Assembly (NCBI GenBank): GCA_965112735.1
Contig: OZ218956.1
Span: 2,480,001-2,544,000, forward strand
DNA length: 64,000 nt
Source of the DNA: Phaeosaccion multiseriatum
Taxonomy: Eukaryota > Protista > Ochrophyta, other classes
Direction of reading: 5' to 3'
A model generated the notes under the pieces. That model saw nothing but the letters and a program-made list of their open reading frames with translations, was not told the DNA's origin and ran no database searches. A program made the position numbers and the translations under genes. How positions within the stretch are numbered: the stretch's first letter is position 1; each line of letters opens with the position of its first letter. This document shows positions 1 through 24,834 of the stretch, one piece after another.

Positions 1-11614
<11,614 letters not shown>

Positions 11615-12085
11615 GGGAGTCTTGCTTTGCACTTGTATGTAAAGGGAGAACAGGGAGAGAAAGATTTGGGGGAAAAACCGTTTCGTCGGTTTCAGGTTCT
11701 ATCACCCTTGAAGTGCCATCTACATGTCGAATCCATCGCTCGTGTCGGGCCCGCTGGAGCGACGCCACGGCCATTTTAAAACAATCCAATGTCAATACAT
11801 TTGTTTAAACCTGACTACTCTTTGCACTCTGAGCACTCCCACCGTCCGCCTAGTTGGCGTCTGTCCTAGGCGGCGGCATAAAAATAGGCTGAGGCGGCCC
11901 TCGCTAGGCTGGGCAATTTTCCAAAATAGGCCTGGGTCGCTAGGCGTGCATGGGGCTGAACAGAGAGGAACTGTTATTTGGGGTTGCTGGTTTGACGGCG
12001 TGGGGGGGGAGAATGCATACCGGCAAGTCTCTTGATACTTGAGGGGGGGGGAGCAATGACCCGCAAGCAAGCCAACTGCGAGGTC

Positions 12086-13123
12086 AGGGAGGGAGGGAGG
12101 GAGGGAGGGAGGGAGGGAGGGAGGGAGGGAGGGAGGGAGGGAGGGAGGGAGGGAGGGAGGGAGGGAGGGAGGGAGGGAGGGAGGGAGGGAGGGAGGGAGG
12201 GAGGGAGGGAGGGAGGGAGGGAGGGAGGGAGGGAGGGAGGGAGGGAGGGAGGGATGGAGGGAGGGAGGGAGGGAGGGGGAGGAAGGGAGGGAGGGAGAGT
12301 CGGCCCTGGAAGAGGTTACAGTATTCGCCGACCATAATCAGTAATCAGGCCGGCTGGCGACAATAATCAGTAATCAGGCCGGCTAGCGCCCGTCATAATC
12401 AGTAATCAGGCCGGCTGGCGCCGGTCATAATCAGTAATCAGACCCGGCTGGCGCCGGCCATAATCAGTAATCAGGCCCGGCTGGCGCCATAATCAGTAAT
12501 CAGGCCGGCTGCGCCGGCCGTAATCAGTAATCTGATAACCTCTTCCAGGGCCGAGGAGAGAGAGAGGGAGGGAGGGAGGGAGGGAGGGAGGGAGGGAGGG
12601 AGGGAGGGAGGGAGGGAGGGAGGGAGGGAGGGAGGGAGGGAGGGAGGGAGGGAGGGAGGGAGGGAGGGAGGGAGGGAGGGAGGGAGGGAGGGAGGGAGGG
12701 AGGGAGGGAGGGAGTGAGTGAGTGAGTGAGTGAGTGAGTGAGTGAGTGAGTGAGTGAGTGAGTGAGTGAGTGAGTGAGTGAGTGAGTGAGTGAGTGAGTG
12801 AGTGAGTGAGTGAGTGAGTGAGTGAGTGAGTGAGTGAGTGAGTGAGTGAGTGAGTGAGTGAGTGAGTGAGTGAGTGAGTGAGTGAGTGAGTGAGTGAGTG
12901 AGTGAGTGAGTGAGTGAGTGAGTGAGTGAGTGAGTGAGTGAGTGAGTGAGTGAGTGAGTGAGTGAGTGAGTGAGTGAGTGAGTGAGTGAGTGAGTGAGTG
13001 AGTGAGTGAGTGAGTGAGTGAGTGAGTGAGTGAGTGAGTGAGTGAGTGAGTGAGTGAGTGAGTGAGTGAGTGAGTGAGTGAGTGAGTGAGTGAGTGAGTG
13101 AGTGAGTGAGTGAGTGAGTGAGT
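12086..13123. repeat. Intergenic compound microsatellite (GGAG)n then (GAGT)n, interrupted by a MITE-like insertion
   Basis: (GGAG)n at 12086-12299 and about 12565-12712; (GAGT)n at about 12712-13123. Confidence 0.97.
12300..12554. mobile_element. MITE-like element A with internal tandem repeat
   Basis: Perfect 19-bp TIR TCGGCCCTGGAAGAGGTTA (12300-12318) / TAACCTCTTCCAGGGCCGA (12536-12554). About 7 internal copies of CATAATCAGTAATCAGGCCGGCTGGCGCC(GG). GGAGAG on both flanks, a weak TSD because it lies in a GA tract. Confidence 0.75.
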
Positions 13124-13144
13124 GTATGGGTGCGTGGGTGTCTC

Positions 13145-13338
13145 CGGCTCCTGACAAGGTTCTGAGGAGACCCAGGTTCCAGGTTCTGGTCGGCGCCAGC
13201 CGGCCAGGTTACAGGTTCTGGGGGAAAGCCATGTATTAAGGCAATGATGAGGGCCAAGGCTGCTCTGCCAAGCCTCACCAGCGGGCTAGGTTCCAGGAGT
13301 TTCTGGCCTGGGTCGCCTCAGAACCTTGTCAGGGGCCG
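13145..13338. mobile_element. MITE-like element B
   Basis: 32-bp TIR with 2 mismatches: CGGCTCCTGACAAGGTTCTGAGGAGACCCAGG (13145-13176) / CCTGGGTCGCCTCAGAACCTTGTCAGGGGCCG (13307-13338). Confidence 0.75.
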
Positions 13339-13339
13339 A

Positions 13340-13562
13340 TCGACCCCTGACAAGGTTCTGGGTTCCAGGTTCTGGCCCTCGCCACCCGGCCAGGTTCCAG
13401 GTTCTGGGGGAAAACATGTAATAGGTTCCAGGTTCCCCGGAAAAGCCGTGTAATAAGGCAATGATGAGGTCCCCCTGAACCTGGATCCAGGTTCTGGCCG
13501 GCGCCAGCCGGCCAGGTTCCAGGTTCTGGCCTAAGTCGCCTCAGAACCTTGTCAGGGGTCGA
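13340..13562. mobile_element. MITE-like element C (tandem relative of B)
   Basis: Perfect 21-bp TIR TCGACCCCTGACAAGGTTCTG / CAGAACCTTGTCAGGGGTCGA. Internal GGTTCCAGGTTCTGG repeats and TAAGGCAATGATGAGG are shared with B. Confidence 0.78.
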
Positions 13563-13662
13563 TCGAGCAGCATTGAGGAACATGCAATAGCGTGGCAGGA
13601 GGGGAGGCACAAGGCAAGGCAGGAGCCCGATTGTGCGTGCGTGTTTGCGTGTGTGAGTACTC

Positions 13663-13784
13663 TCGACCCCTGACACACTATCCGCTATCCGCTATCGCCG
13701 GCGCCAGCCGGCGCGCTATCCGCTATCGGCCGGCGCCAGCCGGCACGCTATCGAGAATGTGGGCGATAGTGTGTCAGGGGTCGA
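13663..13784. mobile_element. MITE-like element D with 7-bp target-site duplication
   Basis: Perfect 20-bp TIR TCGACCCCTGACACACTATC / GATAGTGTGTCAGGGGTCGA. Direct repeat AGTACTC immediately outside both ends (13656-13662, 13785-13791). Confidence 0.85.
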
Positions 13785-13861
13785 AGTACTCGGCCGAGAG
13801 TACGTGTATGTGTGTGTGAGTGCGCGCGTGTGTGTGTGTGTGTTTGTGCTTGTGTGTGTAT

Positions 13862-13933
<72 letters not shown>

Positions 13934-14402
13934 TTGTGCGCGTGTGTGTGGGTTGCGATCCTTTAAGATCGCATCCCGGAGCATAAATGACCCCATCGAG
14001 GCGCTAAAGGCCCTTTGCTCCTAACATTGGTGGGACACTCGATCCCTGACGCGCCTTTGCGCTAACGCTATCAACGGTGTCATCCGACTCCAATCAGTAG
14101 CTGCCAGCCCGGCCGATCCTCTAGCCCCCCTACTTGGGGTTCCCTGGCAGAGGCGTATGGGCAGGGATAGAGAAGCACATGGGCAGGGAAGGGAGGGGTC
14201 GGCGCCAGCGGTGCGCTTTCAGCTTACTACCAGCAGTAGCCACATGCTATCAGAGCAATTGACCTGTGCCAATAGAGTAGCTATACGGGATGAGAAGGCA
14301 GAGTGGTGAAAGAAGAGATAGAAGGGGGAAAAAAGTCCCCACGTAAAGTTACGTAATTTTAGGGATTTCCCTCAGTCTTCCCGCTCATCTTCGAAAGAGC
14401 GC

Positions 14403-17400
14403 ATGGCCAGCAGCAGCAGCAGCAGCAGCAGCAGCTCGGCGGTGCGGGCCGCGGTGCTGCTCTCTCTGCTTACAGGGCTGGAGTCCTTCCACGCTCCGAT
14501 ACTTCCCGGAGCAGCAACGCAGGCAGCCGCCAAGACCAGCACGTGTAGTCAGCAGCAGCGAGAAGAGCTTCAACTGCACCGTCCGGGCCTGCACCTGAAG
14601 CGGCCAAGGGCAGGCCATGCGAAGCGGCCGAGGGAAGGCCGCCCGCTTGGAGCAGGGTCGCCATGGGGTGATTTGTTTGGGGGCGGAGCGAACAGCGAAA
14701 GCAAGGAGGAGGAAGGCAGCAACAATGGAGTGAAGAAAGGGAACGGGGGTTCCAAGAATGGTGGCAGGCCCAGCACGAACGATGCAGCGAAGAAGAATCC
14801 GATAGCAAGCTGGTTCCCCACACTTGCTTCCGAGAAGGGAGTGGGAGGGGCAACACCGCCAGTAGCAGCAGTCGGAGGAGGGAAGGAGGGGGAAGAAGGG
14901 GAAGAAAAAATGACGCTGATGGAGAAGGTGACAGACTATCTCCAGCAGCCCTTTTCCTTCCCCTGGCGAGACATTGGCTTCGGCTTCGGCGGCTTGACGG
15001 TGGGCGTTGGCCTGTGCCTGGGGATATTCTTGTCTCCCTACTCGGCCCTGAGCCCCGATGTGCAGAAGAGTCTTACGCTGTTCGAGAACGTGCTCATCGA
15101 CCTTGATCAGGTGCGGTAGGTGTGCTCTGAGGAGGATGAATTGAATAGTTAGGAGACAGAAAGGAAGGGGGAGGGAAGAGGGGGAGAGAGAGAGAGAGAG
15201 AGAGAGAGAGTGAGCGCGTCCCGTGTAGGGGCATAGAGGGAGAGAGAGGAAGATTGGAGAGCGCGTCCCGTGTACGCACGTGCTTATATTCCCATATGTG
15301 CCTGCCTGCCTCATGTGCCTCTCAGAATTACGTGGATCCAGTGGACGCCGACAAGCTCACGGCGACAGCGTTGTCGTCCATGTTGCGCTCCCTCGACCCC
15401 TACACGGAGTTCCAGAGCGTAGGGCAGGCCAGGGACATGCGGGAGAGTGTCATGGGGAGGTGAGGGGAGGAGGGATGAGGGGAGGGGAGGGGAGGGGGGG
15501 GGGACGAAGGGTACCGTTCACTGATAAGAGTTTCGGGGTGACAGAGTTCAGTCCAATGTGGCCGCCCCGACGCCTCTTGTTGAACGCTACTTTTCTCCAC
15601 TCCATTTGCCCTGTGGCTCTTTCTCACTGTCTCTCAATCTCTCCCTCACTCACTCCCTCTCTCACTGTCTCTCACTTACTCCTCACCCACTCAAATGCCC
15701 CCCATCTCCCTGACCCCTCTCTCCCTGACTTATGCACCCACGCACACGCACACGCACACCCACACCCACACCCACACCCACGCTCTGACGCACCAGATAT
15801 GGGGGGGTTGGGTTGGTGATAGCGGGCGACAAACGGCCCGTCGGGCTGGGCGGGGAACCAGTACCAACAACAACCCCCCTGCCGGACGTAGCTGCTCCTG
15901 CCCTGCCCGCTGCACCGGGGGGAGGAGAAGGGGGGGGGGGATAGCGAGGAGGGGGTGGATCCACGGATGACGAAACCCAACATCGATGGTAAGGGAGGGA
16001 GGGTTCGGCTCATCAAGACCTTAGGGCGCCAGCAGCTGCTGTCATCATCGATCTTTGGCTGGCTTTTCTTTTTTTCTATCGTTACATTTTGCTACGAGAG
16101 AGACATATTATGGGGGATACGATAGAATGGGCATTGTTATGTATAGGCCCCCAAGTCTTGTCTTGAGAGTCGGGTCTGCACAGTGTGTGTCTGGCCTGAT
16201 GCCTCCCATACACCCCCCATCCACTGCCACTTCGCCCGTTATGTTCAAATGTCCCTCTCCCTCACTGACTGACTCACTCACTCACTCGCTCACTTGATTC
16301 ACTCACTCACTCACTCACTGACTCACAGGAGAAGTAATGCCCATCAGCACAGCGCCCATGACCGACAAAGTCGAAGGGGCGGCGGGGGGGCAGGACCAGA
16401 CAGTAACAAGGAGCATCACGGTGGTGTCTGCCCTAGAGGGGTACGTGTGTGCGTGTGTGCGTGTGTGCGTGTGGGGGGGGGGGAGGGGGAGATGTGTGTG
16501 TGTGTGTGTGGGTGGATTGTGGGTATGTGTGTGGGTTCGTTCCTCTTGTCCGTCTGGCGCTGTCCTCACAAGATGTGTCGTCTCTCCTCTCTTCTCCTGT
16601 CCTGTCCTGTCCTTTCCCCTGTCAGTTCGAATCTAACCCCATCCAATGCCATCTAAACCTACTCGACGCTATCGCAGCTATGCCTTCGATGCGGGCCTGA
16701 GGCCTGGCGATCGCATCATAGAGATAGACGGTGTGCCGCTCCGAGGAGCGAGTGTTGATAAGGTACGTACGTACGTACGTGTGTGTTTGTGTATGTGTGC
16801 GTTTGTGGATAACGTTACGTACGCGTCGAGGCCGAAGAGGGAGGGAGGGGTGAATATGATCAGGGCGGCTGAGGGAGAGAGGAGGTCGACTTTCTATGCT
16901 CCACTCTCTTGCCCTCCCGTGGTCTCGTGACCGACATCGCACATCGAAGAGAGCGACATTGCATATCGAGGAGGGGCCCAACCCCAACATCTCTGTTCTC
17001 ACCTCTCTCTCTCTACGTGTGTGCGACTGTCTCTCGCAATCTCTCTCCCTCTCCCTCTGCCTCTCTCTTCTCTTCTCTCTCTATGTGTATGTGTGTGCGT
17101 GTGTGTGCGACTCTCTGTCAGGTGCGTGACATGCTGCGAGGAGAACCCAACTCGCAAGTCGTGGTCAAGTTCGAGAGGGACGCGCCCCCCGGCTCCTCTC
17201 CAGGCCCCAAGGAGGTGACCCTCACGAGAGGGCTGATCCGGTTACGTGACGTCAAGCTGGTGAGTGGAGAGAGGAAGAGGGGGGTGGGGAGGGGAGGGGA
17301 GGGGAGGGGAGGGGAGAGAGGCGAGGAGCCTCGGTGAAGCGCACGCAGGCACCTACGCAACCACCTGCAGACACTCCTTCACTCGGACATCTGTGAATAC

Positions 17401-20400
17401 CATTGAATCACCAAGAAACTGTGTAACCTCTCTCGTACTCCGCCCGCCACTCACCCTCTAGACGGTGCTGGTGGGTAAGCCATCGAACGGCGTGGGCTAC
17501 ATCCAGCTGTCGGGCTTCACAGCGGAGGCGGGTAGGGAGGTGAAGGCGGCCATTCTCGCGCTGCAGGCGGTGTCTCCGGGGGGGAAGCTGAATGGACTTG
17601 TGCTGGACCTGCGCGGAAACCCAGGTGGGTGGGTGTGGGTGTGGGCGGGTGTGGGTGTGTGGGTTAGGACTAGGGAGGGGGTGTCTGGGGGGTGTATGTC
17701 GCCTTGCTGCCATACGCTTGTGCCTCTCCAGACACACGTACGTTGCACGCTTGTGCAGTTTCAATGCATATCCCTGGGCCCTCCCCCTCCTACTCCACCA
17801 CATCTCAACCGCCCACGCCACCACCCCCACCCTCACCCCCCCCCCCTCAAACACCTCCCCCAATCACCACCACCACAACTCCCTCCTCCACCCCGCACGT
17901 CCACCCCACAGCCCACCACCACCGCCACCACCACCCTCACCACCAGCCACCATCGCCCCCACCCTCCACCACCCCCACCCCTTCAACCTCCCACCACCAG
18001 CCCGTCCTAATCCCACCCTCCTCCTCCTCCCCCACCCCAGGTGGGTTACTGGAAAGTGCAGTGGACGTGTCAACGCTGTTCGTGCCTGTCAACAGCGACA
18101 TTGTGTCAGCCAAGGGCCGGTCCTTCATGAATGTGCTCTATCGGAGCAACAAGAAGCCGCTGCTAGATGCTGATACCCGGTTAGCGGTGCTTGTCAACGG
18201 GGTGAGTGCGTGCGTGTGAGTGTATGTGTGTGTGTGTGTGTGTGCCCGTTAGCTGTGCTTGTCAAAGGGATGAGTGCGTGCGTAGGACTGAGTACGTGTG
18301 AGTGAGTGCGTGTGTGCGTGTGTGTGCGTGTCTTGTGCATGATATCTCATCTCTCGTGTGTGTGTGTGTGAACGGCCAACAACAGGGCACGGCCTCGGCG
18401 GCTGAGATTGTGTCTGGTGCCATCCAGGACCTCGACGTTGGAGTCATTGTGGGAGCCAACAAGGGACGCACCTACGGTAAAGGACTGGTGCAGAACGTCG
18501 CTGAGCTTCCTTACGACAACGCACTCAAATTCACAGTTGCCAAGTACTACACACCCAGGTTGGTTGGTTTGGTGGTTGGGTGGTTGGTTGGTTCGTTAGC
18601 TTAATGGTTAGTTTGTTCAGGCAGGCAGAGGAGGGAGGAGGTTATGTACCTACGATACGACGCACTGGAGAGTGTTTCACCCCCACGGGTCTACCGACCC
18701 ACCTACTCAACTCACTCACCCACCCCTCCGTTGCTCTCCTCTGTTTTCTGCGCTCGCTCAGCGGGAGATGCATTCAGAGCGTCAACTACAAGGAGGGAAA
18801 TGCGGCGAGCGAGGCCGGGGAAGGTGGGCCGGGCTACACCTCTGAGCAAGTGGCAGACAAGGACAGAAAGGTAACAGTTCCGTAACGGTTGCATGCCGGG
18901 AGTGTATTGTATGGGGAGGATTGTGTAGGCAATAGATAGGAAAGACCTTGCTTACCTATCCTTGTCGCTCTCTTCGCTCTCTTTGTTGTACGCATCAATT
19001 CCAACGTGTGATGTGATGTATGTATGTATGTATGTACGTATGTACGCATATATATATGTGTGTGTTTGGCTTCCGTCTCTTTGTTGCTGTGCTTTCCCCG
19101 CCTCCGTTCCCGCTCCTCCTCCTCCTCCCCTCCTCACCCTCCTCCCCCCCCCTCCCTCACCCCCCCTCCCCTCCCCCCCAACCCCCAGTCATTCACCACG
19201 GCCAAGGGCCGATTAGTGCGAGATGGAGGTGGCGTGGAGGCGGATGTGAAGGTCGACACGCCCAAGCTCTCCGCCTTGGAGGTGGCGCTGCAGGTATAGA
19301 GTAGAGGCATACAGGCAGTCAGATGGAGGCGTATAGGCAGTCATACAGAGGCATTTAGAGGCACATGCCCCACTCTACCCACTACTCCTACCTTACCGAC
19401 CTTACCGGCGTTTCGCCACCATCGCTATCCATCTCCCTTCCTCCCCTCCCACCCTCCCGCCCTGGCTCCCTCCCTTCCCTCCGTCCCTCTCCCTCCCTCC
19501 CACGCCCCCTCCCTCCCCTTCCTCCCTCCCAACCACCCTCCCTTCGTCCACTGATTTCCTCCCTTTCCCCCACAGGTGCAAGGAGCGTTCTTCGACTACG
19601 CAGGGGAATGGGCCAAGGGACATCAAATGAGGGGCGTCATGAACCTTGTGGATGATAAGACACTTGCAGACTTCAAAACGTATGTCATGGCCAAGCACAA
19701 GTCGGTAAGGGCGTTGGTGATACAGAGGCAGGGGAGGGAGGGAGGAGGATGACGGAGGGAGGGAGGGTGTGAGGGGGGGAAGGGGGGAGAGAGGGAGGAA
19801 GAAAGAGACACAAGGGGGGTGGAAGGGAGTGTGTGGCGCGCCATTCCCCAGCGATCGGGTATCGTCGAGGCCATCCGTCGGTGTCCGTCAAGCGATTTAT
19901 CATACAATTCTCTCTGCCTGTATTCCTTCTCCCTCCCTTCCCGCCCTCTCCCTCCCTCTCTCTCTCTGTCTCTCTCTCCCCACCCTCCCTTGACGCCCTC
20001 TCCCCCCCCCCCCTCTCTCTCTCTTTCGATCGATCGATCTGAACACAGGGTGCCTACAAGCTGGATATTATTTACGACTCTCAACTGAGCGCACTCAAAT
20101 CCGCGCTCACAGAATCCGGCCTCGACGCCGTGGAGAAGGAGGTGGAGCCTCTCGGGGATGCCATCGTCAAGGAAATGGCAAAGGACTTCGATAGCAAGGT
20201 GAGAGAGAGAGAGACTTGGTCATACAGAGGGAGGAGGGAGGGGGGAGGGGGGAGGAGGGGGTTGAGTGGAGGTGAGGAGAGAGGAGCGAGACTCACTGAC
20301 TGACTGACTGACTGACTGACTGACTGAAGGACTGTCTCTCTGCCTCTCGGGTATCTCTATCTTGCTCTCTACACCAACCACAGTCGGACTCAATCCGAGG

Positions 20401-20647
20401 CAGCCTGGAAGACGCCATCCTCAGCCGCTATGTGCCAGAGTCGATGGTGCTCCAGCACCAGCTCCTGAGGGACGAACAGTTCAAGAAGGCCGTGGCCATT
20501 GTTAGCGACCCTGCGCTCTATGACAGCATCCTGACACCAGGGACATACCCGGGTTGGGCCTTACAGGGAGAGACGAGCTCTAACCCGACTGTTGCTTCTG
20601 CTGCTGTTGGCGCGGCTGTTGGTGCTGTTGGGGCTGTTGCCAAGTGA
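14403..20647 (+). CDS. Carboxyl-terminal processing protease (peptidase S41A, CtpA/Prc-like) with PDZ domain, probably plastid-targeted; about 14 exons
   Basis: Spliced motifs [27 protein letters not shown] ([27 protein letters not shown]), [40 protein letters not shown] (catalytic Ser), TYGKGLVQ (catalytic Lys), [17 protein letters not shown]-terminal signal peptide followed by ES-FHAP. One frame break at G11 15930-15940. Confidence 0.93.
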
Positions 20648-20852
20648 GGAATGAGTACTGAGAACGTGCTTTTTACTTTTTGATTCGTTGATTTGGGCTT
20701 GGAGCGAGAGAGACGCTGAGAGGATGAGACGATGTATAGGGGCAGGAGGACAGGATTGTGGCTGATTGGATGCGTGGGGGAGTGGGGGTCGATTCCCTTT
20801 GCTTTTGCTTTGTTTTGAGATGTCCCTTGTCGGCCGGGTCATGGCACACAAA

Positions 20853-20909
<57 letters not shown>

Positions 20910-21545
20910 CACACACGCACACACATACACACACACACAACACACACACACACAACACACCTGTTTTGCTGGGGTTGGGGTTGGGGAAGAGGTGCACATA
21001 TTCGTGTATAGTTACGAGGAATAACGGAGGAAGGTGGAAAGAGAGGGTTGAGAGGAAGACAGATGCAAGCAAGTGCTAGGGAGGGGCTCCTCGCCTTCCC
21101 CAGCAGTGACTGAACTGTTTTGTTTGTCCTCTCTGGGGATCTGGGGCAATGAATTTGAATTGTGTGCCTTGATTTGCGTTTGCATGTGCGTGCTTGTATG
21201 GTAAATCAATCAAGCCAGCTAGCAAGCAATCAGTCGAGCAATAAAAAAAGTTCCTTCTCTTGATGTATTATGTACTTTATTGACTTATGAGCTACTTGGA
21301 ATGGCTGCGCTGCTCGCACCCCCCTCCCCCCCCGGCCCTTCCATTCCCTCACGGAGTCCCCTTCTCCACCATCCGGTACCATGGATCTCCTTACGGTGCA
21401 GCGGTACTAGCGTGAGTCTCAGGGCGTTGTCCCTTCCGCCTCTCTCTCTCTCGTCCTATTTATAGTGAAGGTATGTGCGGCTCCATTCATACCGTCCCAC
21501 GTATCGCCTTACGTATCGCCTTACGTATCGCCCTTAAAAAGTCTT

Positions 21546-23422
21546 TTATCGTGCTGCTGCGGCTCCCTCTCTGGCGAAGCGCGTGTTGTTCACAGCACTC
21601 CCAGGCACCGTCTGTGAAGGTGTGTGAAGAGATATGCAGACCGGGAAAACGGGAGGCGGAGTGGAGCAGCGGTCATCAGGCAGGAGGGAGGGGAGAAGAG
21701 AAGAGAGGAGCCCCAGCCAGCAAAGGGAGAGAGCGGGGGGGGGGGAGAGAGAGAGAGAGAAAGAGAGAGAGTGAGTGAAAGGAGAGAGAGAGACAGAGAG
21801 AGAGGGCATCAAGCGCCATCTACACACATGACGTGGACTTACCCCTCGCGGTCGCGGCACCGCCTCCTGCCCCTGAGGACTCGGCACCTGCCTGACCCTC
21901 TCTGTGATCTCTCTCCTCTGCTGGCTCATGCTCTTGACCGCCTCCACCTGCCCCTGTCCCTGCCCCGGCCGCCCCTGCCTTTGTCCCTGCCATTGTCCCT
22001 GGCCAATCCCCAGCTGCCCTGCCTGAAGGTCGGGCTCTCCATAGTAGTTACCCAGCACCGAGTCGCTTGTAAAGCGCAACACCCTTGTGGCAAGCTTCTC
22101 CGTCAGGCGGCCCACAATCTGTAGCCCAAACGTCCTCATGACAGGGCCTTGCTCTCTCAGCACCGGCTGGAGCTCCTGCACCAGGTTGGGTCCCGTACCG
22201 CCCCCCTGGGTTCGGAGGGTGAGCCCAAACAGTCCTTGCGCGGGGTTGTACGGCGTGCGCTGCTCGCGCTGCTTGAGTTGAGTAGACAGAGTGAGTGGTG
22301 TGGGTGTGGTGTGATTGCGGGTGTGGTGGTGTATGTGTGGTGTAGAGATGGGTGCAGAGCAGAGAAGGGCAGGGCAGAGTAGAGGAAGCGATTTGAGGAA
22401 ACTGAGGGTAAAGGAAAACAGTACTAGAGAGAAGTACACAGTACGAGGGAGGGATAGAGAGAGAAAGAGAGCAGAAGCAAGAAAGGGAAACAGAAAGAAA
22501 ATACACACACAAAGAGGTGTCCGAGTCGGAGCTTCTGGGCCATAGGGCACAGGCCTCCCTCCCTCCCCTTCCTCCCTCCCTCCCTCCCTCCTCCCTCCCT
22601 CCCTCCCTCCCATCCCTCCCATCCCTCCCTCCCTCCCTCCCTCCCTCCCTCCCTCCCTCCCTCCCTCCCTCCCTCCGTCCCCTCCCTCCCTCCCTCCCCT
22701 CCCTCCCCTCCCTCCCTCCCCTCCCCTCCCTCCGTCCCTCCGTCCGTCCCTCCCTCCCTCCGTCCCTCCGTCCCTCCGTCCCTCCCTCCCTCCCTCCCTC
22801 CCTCCCTCCCTCCCTCCCTCCCTCCTCCCTCCCTCCTCCCTCCCTCCCTCCCTCTGCCTCTCTGCCTCACCTTGCCGTCCCCGGTGGCCCCTCCGAGATC
22901 CCCCAGCAGGAAGCTGATGAGCCTCCTCGTGTTGTCCACAACCTTCCTCTCGTCCGTATCCAGGCTCGGGGCCAACGCACGGAACACTTGCGGCACCTGT
23001 TGAGCAGGGCAGGGTGGATGGCAATGGACGGCAATGGGTGCATGTCAATAGATGGGTGGCAATGAATGGATGCATCGAAGGGAACGGAAAAACTCAATAC
23101 ACAGTTACGCACAAGTTGCCACAGTGAATGAATGCCCTCTCTCTCTTCCTTTCTCTCCCTCCGTCTCTCCTCCTCCTCCCTTCCTTCCTCCCCTCTCCTC
23201 CCCTCCACTCCCCTCCCTCCCAGTCACTCACCCGCGGCCCCCTCAGCCCCACGGTGAATGCAAGCTCTCTGGCCGCGTCTCTGGAGAGGCAATCCACCCC
23301 CTTGACGACCTCGTCGCTAATAAACTCTCTGAAGAACTCTCCCTCGGGGCTGAACAGGAACTTGAGGGCCTCCCGTGCTCCCTTTGCGGCCTCTGCGCCC
23401 TCCGCCCCTGCTGCCGCCTGTG

Positions 23423-23496
<74 letters not shown>

Positions 23497-24792
23497 GACA
23501 CAAAGAAGTCGGTCAGTCAAAGGGACGGGAGCGGAGGACGAGGAGGAGGAGGAGGAGGAGGAGGAGTGCGGAAGTGCAGAAGTGCAAGCAAGGCATGCAC
23601 GTTGCCATGCAGCCATGCACAAGGACGGAATGGAAGGCAGGAAGGAAGGAAGGAAGGAAGGAAGGAAGGAAGGAGGGAAGGAAGGAGGGAAGGAAGAAAA
23701 CAACTCTCATCCTCGACCTCGGTGCTAGCGCTGGCGCTGGCGCTGGTGCTGGTGCTGGTGCTAGTCAAAGTAAGCACTGGTGCTGGTCCTGCTGCTAGTC
23801 AAAGTCAAAGCCTCTGGTCCCGTCCACGTCCCCCTCACACCGCCTTTGGTTCTTACCGAATTGGGGGTTGGCGAGCCGCCTGCTGCACCCGCGGCGGCCA
23901 CTGTCTTGACCTCTGAGAAGGTCTCGAGAGCGCTCAGCAAGTCAAGCAGCCGCTCCACATCGAACACGTTCTGAAGCAAGGGAAGGAAGGGGTGCGTGCT
24001 TGCATCAGCATATGGGACGACAAGCGGACAACAATACTGAGGCGAGACTCACTCACTCGTGTATGAAGGCTGAAAGGATGCAAGGAAAGAAAGAAATAAG
24101 ATGCTACTTAATCAGATGTCAACTGCTGATACATGTACTCACGGAGTGGAGTGGATGTGACGTGTCCTACAATGCCCATACAGGTACACAAGCACAGATG
24201 CTTTACTAACAGTTTCTACCTGCTACCTGCCTAGTGACTGCCTAGCACCAGCTGCTGACGAAGAGACTGCCTAACACAAGGCACTGCCGGACTGACTGAC
24301 TGACACCAGATACAGCTTGTCTAACTACCACCAGGTACTGCTACTGACTGACACCAGGCACTGCTACTGACTGACTAACACCAGGTACTGCTACCGACTG
24401 AATGACACCAGGTACTTACCGACTTGCCGTAGATCATGTAGCGCAGAGCGGCGCGGAGGCGAGGGCTCTCGTCTGTGAGGAGGCGCTTACTGAGGTACGG
24501 GTAGGCCTCTGGGTGTGTGTGTGTGTGTGTGTGTTGGGTGGGGGGAGGTGGGTGAGAGGGAGGGAGGAGAGGGAAAGACGAAGGGGGGGAGGCACGAAGG
24601 GAGGGATGGAGGAAGGGAGGCAAGGAAGGAGGGATGGACGGAGGTAGGGAGGGAGAGACGCGAGAGACGGAGGGAGTGGTTGGGTAGGTAGGGAGGAAGG
24701 AGTGAGTGATTGAGTGATGCCGCATCCTCCCCTTTCCCCCGGTACTCCGTTGCCTTGGGCTCTTCCCCGCACCCCCCCTCTCCCTCCCTTCC

Positions 24793-24834
<42 letters not shown>

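Noticed and set aside
12332-12532. About 30-bp repeat array resembling a CRISPR
   Set aside because: Units are contiguous with no unique spacers, no cas genes are present, the context is eukaryotic, and the array is enclosed by TIRs.
14403-20647. Bacterial contamination or recent horizontal transfer of the CtpA-like gene
   Set aside because: It has about 13 spliceosomal introns and a targeting leader, so it is an integrated nuclear gene.
24230-24420. Intronic TGACACCAGGTACTGCTAC repeats as a mobile element
   Set aside because: No TIR or TSD is visible; it is best read as a local degenerate minisatellite, like those near 19300 and 54100.
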